Shown one piece after another: positions 9,898-22,313 of a stretch of 64,000 nucleotides of DNA (its first letter is position 1; every line of letters starts with the position of its first letter). The notes under the pieces are model-generated. The model saw nothing but the letters and a program-made list of their open reading frames with translations. It ran no database searches and was not told the origin of the DNA. The stretch is from Azolla caroliniana (lineage: Eukaryota; Plantae; Polypodiophyta). The translations under genes were made by a program, and so were the position numbers. The stretch covers positions 11,346,001 to 11,410,000 of the forward strand of contig JBHGNT010000006.1 in NCBI GenBank assembly GCA_043228905.1. The letters are read 5' to 3'.

Positions 9898-11322
9898 TTT
9901 CTGTGTTACCGTTGCTCTGATACCAGTTTGTTGAACACGGTGCTCGGCCACAACCGAGGAATAGGATCAACTCACAGAAAACAGGAAATACAAAGTACAC
10001 GAAGACAATAGAGAGAAAAAAAATACACAGGATGTTTTACGTGGAAAACCCTAAATGGGAAAAACCACGGAAGTCCTCAAACTCCAACTATCACTATGAA
10101 CAGAGATGTACAATGGTGAAGCCACAAGGCAACAACCTTGAGCTCACTGTCTTCGCCGCAAACGGCGGTAATACACAGAGGCAACGACCTCTTCGTCTTT
10201 CTCACACACACACACACACTCTCTCTCTCTCGGCTGCTCTCTTCACTCTCTCTAAGTGGAAAAAACAGAAAATGAGCAACAACACAAAACTGTTTGCCCT
10301 AAGTCATATTTATACACATATGACTTTCGGGCTATTTACAAATATAGTCTCCGCATCCGGATCTCTCTCCGTAACCGGGGTCTTCATCATCCAGCTCCGT
10401 AGCCGGGGTCTTCATCATCCGGCTCCGTAGCCGGGGTCTTCATCATCTGGCTCCGTAGTCGGGGTCTTCATCATCCGGCTCCGTAACCGGGTACTCTTCA
10501 TCCTCCGGTTCCGTAACCGCAACCAGGCCTGCCGTCATTCATCTCCGGACATCCCATCCGGAGGGACCGAAAAATCCCAACACTACCAACAGGAGGATTG
10601 GGTGGACTTCCTTCAATGGCAGAATTTGCTTACAATAATAGTATCCATGCTTCGACTAAGGTTTCCCCCTTCTTTGCAAACTATGGATTTCACCCTCGTT
10701 TCAGCATTTCCATACCTGCAACTTCGGTCAATCCTTCGGCAGAGACGCGTGCCCGCACTTTACACGATGTCCATCGTGACCTGTGCTTGGAGCTCCGTGT
10801 TGCTGGTGACCACTATAAAGATCAAGCGGACCGACATCGCTTAGCTACACTGACGTTTGCAATCGGGGACATGGTTTGGCTATTACGTCGTCACATCGCC
10901 ACCACACGTCCTTGTGCAAATTTGGACTACAAAAGTTTAGGCCCCTTTCGTATCATCGAGTGGATCAACCCAATCGCCTTCCAGTTAGCACTTCCTCCAA
11001 CACTCAGGATTCACGATGTTTTTCACGTTTCCCTCCTCGAACTCTACCATCCTTCTCGAATTCCAGGACGACACCCTCCTCCACCGCCACCTGTGGAATT
11101 GTTGACGGGCGAAGAATATGAGGTTGACCAAATCCTTGACTCTCTATATTGTTGTCGACAACTCCAATATTTGGTCTTATGGAAAGGTTACCCCATTTCG
11201 GACGCCACATGGGAACCAATTACACATTTACAAAATGCTCTGGAGGCCATTCACGATTTTCATCGACGATACCCACATAAGCCAACCGCGAATCCCGAGA
11301 GGTGGTCTTTGATGGAGGATAA

Positions 11323-11769
11323 TGTCATAGACACAATGGAATGTAGGGGGTTGAACCCATGAACTCTTGGTCTTATTGGGAAACCTTACCAATTGAGCTA
11401 CATTCCATCTATGCGTTATTATATTGTATAAATTTCAACCTATTACATTGTAAGTTAATCACTAGAACTTTCAAGAAACTTCTAGAGAATGCATAGACAT
11501 GTATTCTCTAGAAGTTTCCATGCATTCTCTAGATGTTTCCTAGCTTACATGCATACCACCACATTCTTGTATAAATACTTCGGTGCACCTTGATTACAAT
11601 CAAGGTGAACAACACCAGTTACGGAAGCATAATTTAGTTCTCGCTCTTTTGTCTATCCTCTCTCTCTTGTTCTCTTGTCTATGCTCCCCTCTATCTATAT
11701 ATCTATCTTTCTCTCTTTCTTAATATTGAGCTCACCTACTTGTCCTTGCCCTCGTCTACGTCCATGACA
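11323..11769 (+). repeat. 3' LTR of chromovirus 2
   Basis: Direct repeat of 3770-4240, followed by TSD CATAT. Confidence 0.93.
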
Positions 11770-13154
11770 CATATGTATAAAGATGTAATGAAATTTGTGT
11801 AAACTTGTGAATCTACCAGAGGTATTCAACTATTTAGTATCGCGATGAGCTAAAACCAACATATTCATCATCAATGCATTATAAGTGGATGGCCGATCAA
11901 GGGTCAATGCCACTTGGGGAACGTCAAATGCGATATTTGGTACTAGCAAGAGAAGACCTTACAAACCAAGTAGAAGGAAGACCATTGAGACAAAAAACAA
12001 CTAGAGTTGTAGATGTAAATGTTTGTAAGAATATGTAATATGTCGTTATGGGTGTGTTGGTAAATTAATTTTAGACACACGAGAACTTAATTATGATGAA
12101 GCTAAACAATTCTTCAATTGGACAGGGGTCAAATTATCACCTACAAGTGCTTATAATCCAGAAGCCAATAGAAAGATTGAAAGAAGGCATGACCCAATAA
12201 TTAAGGCGATTGTGAAATGTTGCCGAGGTAAAATAAAAGCTTGGCCATTCATGCACCTTATGCACTGTGGGCGATCAGACAATGCATAGTTCGGTAACAG
12301 GATACATGCATGTTGAATTGATACTTGGCCAAAAGCTCATCATGCCAATAAAGGAATCAATTATGTCATGGACATCTATTCCATGGAGAGAAGAGGTGAG
12401 CACAGAAGAATTGTTTTCTTTGTGAATTCAACAATTAGAGCCCCAGCCTGAAGATGTAGAATTAGCAACACAACGATTGAAGGAGGCTCGATTGAAGAAT
12501 AAAATATGTTTTCAAAAAACTCACACAATTTAACCAAAGGATTCGGTGCTTTTGTATGATGGCAGTTTAGATCATCAACACAGCATCGTTCGCAAGTTTG
12601 CTAAAAGATAGTTTGGGCATTACATAATGAAAAAGTATATGATAACTTTACCTATAAGTTTAGTGAACTGGATGGGATACTATTGGGATAATTCGTCCCT
12701 CTGGATGGGATGAGTTGGAAAGCCGGACTGGCTGAGAGCAGTAACGGATGAAGGTCATAGCCGATTAGAGGCTACATTTGTAAATAACCCATACTGTGTA
12801 TGAGTATAAATACACCTAGGGCAATCACTATGGAATGATGATGTATAGAGAAAGATAGTGTATTATGTGTGTTTTAGACACAAAGTGTGTAACCATCTGT
12901 AAGACGAAGAGGAGCTCAAGGTTGTTGCCTAGAGTCTCTTGTATACTCATCCTCTTAGTGATTCTATTTGGAGTTTGTGGGATACCGTGGTTTTTTTCCC
13001 ATTCAAGGTTTTTCCATGGTAATATCTTGTGTCTCCATGTCAGATGTGCATTTTTGGTCTTCAATCATTTCGGTTATTGTCTTTCTCATTTGTACCTGAC
13101 AACTAGTTGTGGATGGTCCCATATACTCAACAAACTGGTATCAGAGTGATGGAT

Positions 13155-13709
13155 TGTTGAGCGGCAAGCTCAACTAGATCTGGATCGGCTGAATAAGCCT
13201 GAGCCAAATCAGCATCCGGAAGGATGAAGCCGGTGAGATGGATCAGTGAGACGGATCAGCGAGCCGGTGAGCAATTGAGCCGGTGAGCTAGGGAGCCGGT
13301 TAGTTGGATCAAACAGTAACCGGAAGCCTAGTAGTAGCCTAGACTACTAGGTAGTTAATGTCTCATAGTTAGTGTCAGACGCTCATACGAGCATTGAAGT
13401 ACACGATACTTCTATCAGTCCTCTCAGGACTTGTATAAATAGTGCTGTTGGGCACGTTTTATGTACAGAGAACTATTATTGTTTTGTAATAGATTTAAGT
13501 CTTCCTGCTCTTTCTCTGTCTCTCCCATGTACTGTAAAGCTTTCCATTAAACCTATGTTTCTGTGTTCGGTTTTCTACTTGCTTCCACACGCTATTCTTT
13601 TACATGTGTTAAGAATTAGGTAAGTAATTAAGTATGGGTTAATTAGTGCCTAATTATGTGATTAAGTTAAGCGGAAGATTATGTGATATGTGTGTGTATG
13701 TGTGTGAGA

Positions 13710-13747
<38 letters not shown>

Positions 13748-16736
13748 TGAACAACACAAGATGGGGGATGAGTAAGTATATTAAATTAGCTTCAACATCA
13801 TCAAATACAAAAATACCTTCAATGAGGTATATATAGGTTTCATGTGCAAGGGTGCACATGTGCTAGGAGAATATAGGTACAACGTGTAAGTCCTATATTA
13901 AATGAGCATGGAGTGGTGGATCTACAATGTATCCCACTCGAGTACAAAATCCTATTTAAGGCTTTATGGTCAACACACTAACTAGATTCTATCTAGGTAA
14001 CTACTAAGTTACATATGTTGACTAACTAACTGAATCATTGTCGTCGGGGTGATCGACTTCGTATTTGGGCTTCTTGCCCTTGCCCTTGTCCGATTTCGGA
14101 CTTGGTCGCGACGTGCTTGGGTCACGTGAAGATTCTTGTGGCCCACAAGGCTTTGCCGTAATCGGACTTTCTTCGTTCATATGCGTGAGTTGATCTTCGG
14201 CTTCTACCTCTTGTTCGGCATAATCCTTATTGAGCGTCTAGTCAGAGTCGAAGAGGTGTCTGGTGCATACCAGGATGCGTACTCGTCGAAGACTACGTCT
14301 CGACTTACGCGAACTTTTCGCGTCGATGGGTTGTAGCACTTGTACACCTTCTTCTCGGACGCGTATCCTATGAGGATACATTTCTCCGACTTCGCGTCGG
14401 GCTTTTGTCATTTTCTGTTTGGGATGCATACATTTGCAATGCTTCCGAACACTTTGAGATGCGACAGAATCGGCTTCCTTCCGACGAGGAGCTCGTAGGG
14501 AGTTAGCTCATGGATTCCATTGGTGGTGCATTGATTCATGAGATAGACGACCGTGGATGCCGCTTCGGCCCAATGGAAATTCGGCATGTGCTTCTCATGC
14601 ATCATGGCACGTGCTACCTCGAGTATTTGCCGATTCTTACTTTCGGTGACTCCATTTTGTTGGGGTGTGTGTCGGCACGAGAATTCTCTACAAATGCCTT
14701 CACTTTGGAGGTAGGAGGTGAATTCGTCGGAGAAGTACTCCTTTCCTCCATCCGATTGTAGGCATCAAATGTGCCGACCGGTTTCTTTTTCAACCTGACG
14801 CTTGAGCTTTTGGAAGTGGGAGAGCACTTCACTTTTGTTCTTCATTGGGTAGATCCACGAGTAGCGCGAGTAGTCGTCGATGAAGGTTACGAAGTATTGG
14901 CATCCGCCAATCGTCGGTGTTTGAGCCGGTCCCCATACATCCGAATGTACGACGTCGAGGAGGCCTTTGCTCTCGTGGCTCTCCTTCAGGAATGGGAGTT
15001 GATGTTGTTTGCTGAGTTGACACGCTTCGCATATTCGGTCAACTCGTTTCGACTCGAATGTCGGAAGTCCCATGACGACTCCCTTTGTTTGCATAGCTCG
15101 GAGCCGTTGGAGGTTGATGTGGTCGATTCTTTTGTGCCACAACTCGATGTTGGTCTTGTTTTTGAGAACTTTAGTGTACATTGTTGATTTCACCTCATTC
15201 GAATCAAGGATGAACATTTGGCGTCCTCTCCGTCCCTTAGCTACGACTCGACCATCTTTCTCGATGAAGCATCCTTCTTTGGTGAAGCGGACTTGCATGC
15301 CTTGCTCCACGATTTGGCCGACCGAGACCAAATTCTTTGTTATTGTGGGCACGTGCAAGACATTCTTGATGCAAGTTTGCTCGCCTTCTTTCCCGAATGG
15401 GACATTGCTGATGTGCCGAATGGGATGCGTGGTGTCGTTTCCCGTCTCTATAAAGCCGGGTCGATCCGGCGTTCGTAAGTCGCGAAACCACTCTTTGTGG
15501 GATGTCATGTGATGTGAGGTGCCGGAATCTATGAACCACACGTCTTCCGGATTGGAGATGCTTGCGGAGTCGGAGGCCGTCATAGAGTTCGCTCTATGCC
15601 GCATTACGAATAGTCCGCCGTAATCCTCGTATTCGGAGTTGTTGGCGTAGTTTGTGAGTTGTCGGCTTGTCGACGCCGACTCGCTTCTTTTCTTCCGACA
15701 ATCCTCCTCATAGTGGTCGATTTTGCCGCAATAATTGCAAGTTGTGGGCCTCGTTTGCAAACCTTGTTCGGCTTGGAAGCTCCCCCTTCTTTCGAAGGTT
15801 CCTCGATGGCTTCCTCCTCTACCGCCACGACCTCTTCCTCGACCACCGTCCGAATTTGAAAAGAACATTTGTCCTTCCGGTGCCTTGCTTTTGGTTCGAA
15901 CGTGGTTTTCTTCGATCAATAACATCCATTGGAGGTCAAAGAACGAAGGAGGGTTTTCTCTCACGAAGATTGCCGTCCGTAGTGGATCAAATCGTTGTGC
16001 GAGGCCACCCAAGCATAGTTGAACCATCTCGTCTTCGTCGACGTTTATGTTGATGGAGCCAAGCGAGTCGCAAATGCTCTTGATTTTGGCGGTGTAGTCC
16101 GACACGAACATGTCTTTTTGCCGAATGTTATTCAACTCTTGCCGGAGTTGAAGTTTGCGGGCAGTCGTGTTGGCGGCAAACATTTTCTTTAAGTTCTCCC
16201 ACGCCTCTTTAGGTGTCTTGGCGTCTCAAATGTGGCTAAGCATGTGGTCGTGGACACATGTTGCCAAGCAATACATTACCCGACTCTCTCCTTGCTCCCA
16301 CATTGGGTAGTTGGCGTTTGTGTTGTCGGGCTTGTCCTCGAGTGCGTCGTTGATGTAGCTCCAATACCCTTGGCCGACGAGGTATTGGGTCATCTTGTAC
16401 TCCCAAGATGAATAATTGCTCCGGTCTAGCTTTTCGCTAGGGAGCAAGCTACCCATTTGTGTGTTCATGTTGTTTTGTGTCTTCCTTGTTGGCTCTTCTT
16501 TCTTCGATCACGTACTTGTGCTACGTAGTGGCACTACGGTAGCGGATGGCCAGAATTTGTCGTCGGCGTTTTGAACACACAATCACGAAGTCGGGTGGGC
16601 TTAATGGATTTTCTAAACCTCGCTCTGATACCATGTTAAGAATTAGGTAAGTAATTAAGTATGGGTTAATTAGTGCCTAATTATGTGATTAAGTTAAGCG
16701 GAAGATTATGTGATATGTGTGTGTATGTGTGTGAGA

Positions 16737-16788
<52 letters not shown>

Positions 16789-19700
16789 CTTATGAACAAC
16801 ACAAGATGGGGGATGAGTAAGTATATTAAATTAGCTTCAACATCATCAAATACAAAAATACCTTCAATGAGGTATATATAGGTTTCATGTGCAAGGGTGC
16901 ACATGTGCTAGGAGAATATAGGTACAACGTGTAAGTCCTATATTAAATGAGCATGGAGTGGTGGATCTACAATGTATCCCACTCGAGTACAAAATCCTAT
17001 TTAAGGCTTTATGGTCAACACACTAACTAGATTCTATCTAGGTAACTACTAAGTTACATATGTTGACTAACTAACTAAACTAAGTTGAGCTTGATCTCTC
17101 AACAACATGGTATCAGAGCGCGAGGGTTGAGAACCTCTGCAGCCGACCTTAGCTCAAGAAGAAAACCTAACCTTCGTAAAGAACAGGAAAAACAAAATGG
17201 ACAGAGGAATGACTAGCTCGCTCCCAGTGGAGAAGCTCGACAGATCCAACTACGCATTTTGGTCTTACAAGATGCATCAATACCTGCTTGGGCATGGTTA
17301 CTGGAGCTATGTCGATGGAGCTAACGACACATCACCTAATGTGGCACACAAGGACTTCCCAGTGTGGGAACAAGCGGCAAGCAGAGTGATGTATTGCTTT
17401 GCGTCTAGTGTCGGAGACCAGCTGCTAAGCCATGTCCGAGATGCCAAGATGCCAAAAGAAGCTTGGGGAAACCTGAAGAAGGTTTTCGCAGCAAGCACTG
17501 TGGCTCGGAAGCTGCAACTCCAATAGGAGTTGAGCAATGTCCGACAGAAGGACATGTCGGTAGCCGATTACACGGCCCGAATCAATGAGATCTGTGACTC
17601 ACTTGCCTCTATCAATGTCACTGTGGAGGAAGATGAGATGGTGCAGATCTGTCTTGGGGGCCTAGCGTCTAAGTTTAGAGTGTTCCAAACGGTAGTATGT
17701 ACAAGGGAGAATACGCCGTCATTTTTTGACTTACAGTCGATGCTCCTTGTAGAGGAAACCATGCCGGTGCGTCAACAAGTGCACCCACCGTCAACCGGAT
17801 GCTGTACACAAAGGCGGATCGGTCCCGTGGGCGGGGTGGACGAGGCGGGTCGGCTCGCAATGGTAGCGGCCGACAAGAGCAGGACCAAAGGCACAAAGAA
17901 CGTGCCGACAACAATTCCAGACCCTCCACAAGTAGGGGGAGTCAAGGCGGCGCCAGAGGCCGGCAAGCAAAGGCCAACACGAAATGTTGGTATTGTGGTA
18001 AAAAGGGCCACAGAGAAAGCAAGTGCTGGAAGAAGCGCGCCGATTCGGACAAACCCGGATCTGGCAAGGCCGACAGGGAGAACCGGCAATACTCGCACTA
18101 CGCTGGAGGATCAGGAGGATCCAAAACCGGGAAAGCCGGTAAAGGGCTAGCCTTGGTGTGAAACACAAGGCTAACTCAATGAAGAAGACCACTTCCAAAT
18201 CGGAGGAAGTGTGGTACGTTGATTCCGGTGCGTCAAATCCCATGATGAGCCATAGAGAGTGGTTCTCCTTCTTGGAGAAACCGGAACAACCAGGAGTTGT
18301 CAAAACCGGAGATGACACTCCACACCCAATCTTTCATATCGGAGAACTCCCTTTGAGCCACGTAGAACAGAGGGGGAAGCTGATGAACGTATTCCACATT
18401 CCGACCATCACGAAGAACCTGGTGTCAGTTGGACAGATTGTAGACCAGGGATTGCAAGTGCGGGTTACGTACCCCGAGTGCTTCATCGAGGAAGAGGGTC
18501 ACATCATTGCGCAAGGGCGCAGAGACGGGAGGATGTTCATCCTCGACACCAATGACGTTGGCACCGCTTTGGTTTCCAAAGGACAAAAGGTCGAATCAGA
18601 CATCGACTTGTGGCACAAGCGGATCGGCCACGTCAATTACCAAAGGCTTCAAGACCTGCAAACGAAACAAGTTGTTTTCGGTTTGCCGAAATTTAGCGGC
18701 TAGAAGGCCGAAATTTGTGAAGCCTACCAACTCGGGAAGCAACACCGGCTTCCATTCCCCACCGATTGAAACCGGAGTCATAACAAGCTCGATTTAATCC
18801 ATTCGAATGTATGGGGACCAACACAGAACGTTAGTCTTGGCGGGAGTCGATACTTCGTCTCCTTCATTGACGACTGTAGCTGGCACACATGGATCTATCT
18901 CATTGAGCGGAAGAGCGAAGTCTTCGACTGTTTCCGGAACCTCCAAAGCCTGGTGGAACGGGAAACGGAGAGAAAGATCAAGTGCCTGCAGTCGGATGGC
19001 AAAAAAGAATATTTTTCCGGCCAAATCAACAATTATCTACAACAAAAGGGAATTCGTCGAGAGTTCCGCTGCAGATACACACCGGAATAGAACGGTGTGG
19101 CCGAGAGGAAGAAACGGTCGCTTATCGACGCTGCAAGGGCAATGCTGGAGGAGAAGAGCATGCCCCATTTCTACTGGGTGGAGGCGGTCCAGACGACCGT
19201 CTACATCCAAAACCGGATCAGTGACAAGGTGTCCACACATGAGCTATATTTCGGGCGCAAGCCGAATTTGCGACACCTTCGGATATTCGGAAGCATTGCA
19301 TATGTGCCGGATGCGAAGCGGAGGAAGTTGGATGCAAAGTCGGAGAAATGCATCTTGGTTGGTTACTCGCATGAGCAAAAGGGGTATGTGTTATAACCCC
19401 CAGACGAAGCAGGTCCGAATTAACCGGGATGTTGAGTTTGATGAGACGGCATCATGGTATGCCATACCAGCTCTGACTTCCAACCACGACCCGTTACCGG
19501 AGGATAAGGCGAGTGAGCCTGAACCGATCCAGTTAGAAGACGAAGGGTTCGAGACTCTCGATGAGAGTCCAGAATCATTTCAGTTAAGCGAACCGGATGG
19601 ACGATTGAGTCGGTTCGACCAGTCCAATGAAGAGCCAGTGAGTAGTGGAGACTCGGTCGTGCATTCCCTGCGCAAGGAACCGAGGAGACGGTTCACGTGC

Positions 19701-21495
19701 AAAGAGAAAGGGAAGAAGAAGACGCCGGAATACGAAACCAGTAATGTTGAGTCGGATCAGGGCGAATCCGACTACGGAAATGATGAGGGCGGATCTTCAC
19801 CAACAAAGACCACACCGGCCAAGAAGGGCCTCAAATTGGGTAAAGATAAGTTACGCCGGTCTTCCCGTTAGAAGAACCCCGTAAAGCGGTACGGGTACAA
19901 TGAGTACATGGCGCATCACTATGCATACATGACCAAGGTGGTGGAAGTGCGTGAGCCGGAGAGCTACGCAGAAGCGGCAAAGGACACACATTGGCGTGCC
20001 TCTAAGGAGGAAGAAATGTGTGCACTTGATGCCAACGACACATGGGACCTAGTTGACCCTCCCCGACACTGTAAACCGATTGGATTTAAGTGGGTGTACA
20101 AGGTAAAGTACAATGTCGACGGTTCGGTTAACCGGTACAAGGCCGGGTTAGTGGCAAAGAGATACACACAAACCCACTGAATCGACTAGTACGAGACCTT
20201 CTCTTCGGTAGCGAAGATGATGACGGTTCGTGTGGTGCTAGCGGTTGTTGCGGCAAGGGGGTGGCATCTTCACCAGATGGACGTGAAGAATGCATTTCTT
20301 CAAGGTGATCTTCAAGAAGAGGTCTTTATGAACCAACCCCCCGGTTTCCAGTTGGAGATGAACAAGTCAACGGTATGCCGGCTGAAGAATTCACTTTATG
20401 GCCTAAAGCAAGCCCCCAGAGCTTGGAATGCGAAGATCACGCATCGGTTGTGTAAGATGGGGTTTGCGGCCTCCAAGTCCGACTCTTCGTTCTTCATTCG
20501 GCAAGGTCCAGACGGTCTGGTTTGCATCTTGCTGTATGTTAATGATCTAGTCATCACCGGGCAAAGGCAAAGAAATTGCTGATTATGCCGGTGAGGGAAG
20601 AACTAACAAAGGGGGAGATAAGAAGAAGGCCAAGACCCGGACATGGTCCGATGTGGTGAAGGGCCTGGAACCGGAAGACGAATCGGGAGCGACCGATTCA
20701 GACAAGAGCTGGAACGAATCGGAGACAGCCGATTCGGTTCAACAGACGGATTCGGAAGAACCGGATCAATTCAAGGCCAAGAGGACGAGATGGCATCAAA
20801 AGTTGACGCCAACATGAAGGAATCGGCGAATCGGCAGGTGTCGAAGTCACAGCAGCAAGGGAGCTGAATTGGGCCTATTGAGCAGACAAGCCAACCAAGG
20901 AGGTCAAGGTGCGTAGAATCAGAAGGGTCGCGGCAAACGGGATCGGACCGGACGAGGAGCACGATCGAGGCAGAGTGACGCCCGAAGGAGTCGGGTGGAA
21001 GGACCGGCTGCCATGGAGACTGACACTACGATCCAACCTCAGGTTGAGCTTGAGGGGGAGTGTTGAGTGGCAAGCTCAACCGGATCCAGATCGGCTGAAT
21101 AAGCTTGAGCCGAATCGGCATCCGGAAGAATGAATCCGGTGAGACGGATCGGCGAGCCGGTGAGCAATTGAGCTGGTGAGCTGGGGAGCCGGTTAGCTAG
21201 ATTAAACAGTAATCGGAAGCCTAGTAGTAGCCTAGACTACTAGGTAGTTAATGTCTCATAGTTAGTGTCAGACGCTCGTATGAGCATTGAAGTACATAAT
21301 ACTTTTGTCATTCCTCTCAGGACTTGTATAAATAGTGCTGTTGAGCACGTTTTATGTACAAAGAACTATTATTGTTTTGTAATAGATTTAAGTCTTCCTG
21401 CTCTTTCTCTGTCTCTCACGTACTGTAAAGCTTTCCATTAAACCTATGTTTCTGTGTGCAGTTTTCTACTTGCTTCCGCACACTATTCTTTTACA
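13155..21495 (+). mobile_element. Copia element B (degenerate gag-pol 17197-~21050; RT C-terminus and RH deleted)
   Basis: LTRs 13155-13604 and 21061-21495, TSD TGGAT (13150-13154 / 21496-21500), PPT TTGAGGGGGAG 21050-21060. PBS is split by element C. Frameshifted Gag, PR (WYVDSGAS), IN and RT (MDVKNAFL) fragments. Confidence 0.93.
13607..17104 (-). mobile_element. Copia element C (gag-PR-IN only; RT/RH, PPT and start of the 3' LTR deleted)
   Basis: 5' LTR 16634-17104, PBS 16633-16622, 3' LTR remnant 13607-14031, TSD ACATG (13602-13606 / 17105-17109). ORFs 16468-14040 contain WFIDSGTS and VHSDVWGP, with stops. Confidence 0.93.
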
Positions 21496-22001
21496 TGGAT
21501 GAATCTCTCGGAGGAATGTTCAAGGTAACTGGATCCAACTACTTGGTCTAGAAGTCCAAGATGAAAAACATGCTCATGTGCAAGGACCTATGGTGGTTGG
21601 TGTAGTATGGCAACGAAAAACCAAAAAGATTGATGCATCGACTTGGGAAGTCATGCATCTAAAGACAACGGCATACATAAGGTGTTTTATAGACATGATT
21701 CTATACAACAACTTCAATGAACAAACAAAAGCTGACATCCTTTGGAAGAAAATCGGGTTCATGTTCGAGAACAAGAATGCCATAACCAGAGTCTCCGTCT
21801 TTAGGAAGATAGTGAGACTGAAATATCAGGATGGCTCAAGCATGGTTGAGCACCTGTTCATGCCTTCCAAGGATTAATCAATCAGACCACCTCTATAGAA
21901 GTACCTCTAGTCGATGAGGTATTAGCATTGCTATTGCTAGGATCCCTACTAGACAACTAGGAGATGCTCGTGGTGAACCTAGGTAATGCGGGACTGGCAA
22001 C

Positions 22002-22130
22002 TGTCACGGACGGGTAGACGAGGTTAAATACTAAGAGAGAGCGAGAGCGTAAGAAAGAGAACAAGAAAAGGATAGAGACTGTCACAAATGAGTAGACGAG
22101 GCTTGATAGAGAGAGAGAGAGAGAGAGAAG
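22002..22130 (-). repeat. Two stacked chromovirus-type LTR 3' ends
   Basis: TGTCACGGACGGGTAGACGAGG (22002) and TGTCACAAATGAGTAGACGAGG (22080) resemble the reverse complement of the chromovirus-2 LTR end (CCTCGTCTACGTCCGTGGCA). Each is followed by GA-rich sequence. Confidence 0.55.
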
Positions 22131-22313
22131 ACTTGGAGAGAGAAAATCAGGATGAAGAAGAAGGTGAAGCATCAGAAGAAGAAGAATTAGTGAAGAAGAG
22201 GAGGAAGAGAGAATGTTCTTTCGCTTTCTCTTTATCTCACGATGGTGACTGAAGATATCAATTAGAAGAAACAGAAGATTGGTCGTCCGAATCAGCAAAA
22301 GGAGGATATAGAT

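Larger units (their letters stand above)
5188..10582 (-). mobile_element. Young full-length Ty1/copia LTR retrotransposon
   Basis: Near-identical LTRs 9929-10582 (5') and 5188-5840 (3'), TSD CTACC (5183-5187 / 10583-10587), and tRNA-iMet PBS TGGTATCAGAGC at 9925-9914. Confidence 0.97.
4387..11322 (+). pseudogene. Chromovirus integrase + chromodomain (4387-5187 and 10588-11322), frameshifted and split by a copia insertion
   Basis: HDDPLADHFG...CDVC zinc finger, SMDFITDLP, SDRGSQF, YHPQTDGQTERVNQ core, LGPFRI (GPY/F), and EYEVDQILDS...YLVLWKGYPISDATWEP chromodomain. Confidence 0.9.
3770..11769 (+). mobile_element. Ty3/gypsy chromovirus 2 (sushi/Tcn1-like), internally deleted, interrupted by a copia element
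   Basis: LTRs 3770-4240 and 11323-11769 (TGTCAT...TGGCA/TGACA), 5-bp TSD CATAT (3765-3769 / 11770-11774), PPT 11311-11322. Gag stub from ATG 4268, then integrase and chromodomain; no RT or RH present. Confidence 0.93.
1050..12680 (+). mobile_element. Old, decayed Ty3/gypsy pol region (PR/RT/RH 1050-3769; integrase resumes 11775-12680), split by chromovirus 2
   Basis: Fragments with many stops: DLYSGYNQF and FLDDIPI (RT), IDTSPIGIGW and ENIVTDMLSR (RH), FHDSLWVGHRG...KYWWTH|MYKDV (integrase zinc finger). The last is rejoined once the 3770-11769 insertion and its TSD are removed. The 1050-1580 part may come from a different element. Confidence 0.75.
12681..21998 (+). mobile_element. Copia element A: 5' LTR 12681-13132, PBS 13136-13146, gag resumes 21501-21998; 3'-truncated and host of nested elements B and C
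   Basis: LTR starts TATTGGGA..GTCCCTCTGGATGGGA (same family start as the 5188 element, TG mutated to TA), ends CAACA, then TGGTATCAGAG. Removing B restores ATG GAT GAA TCT CTC GGA GGA ATG TTC AAG (MDESLGGMFK...). Confidence 0.8.
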
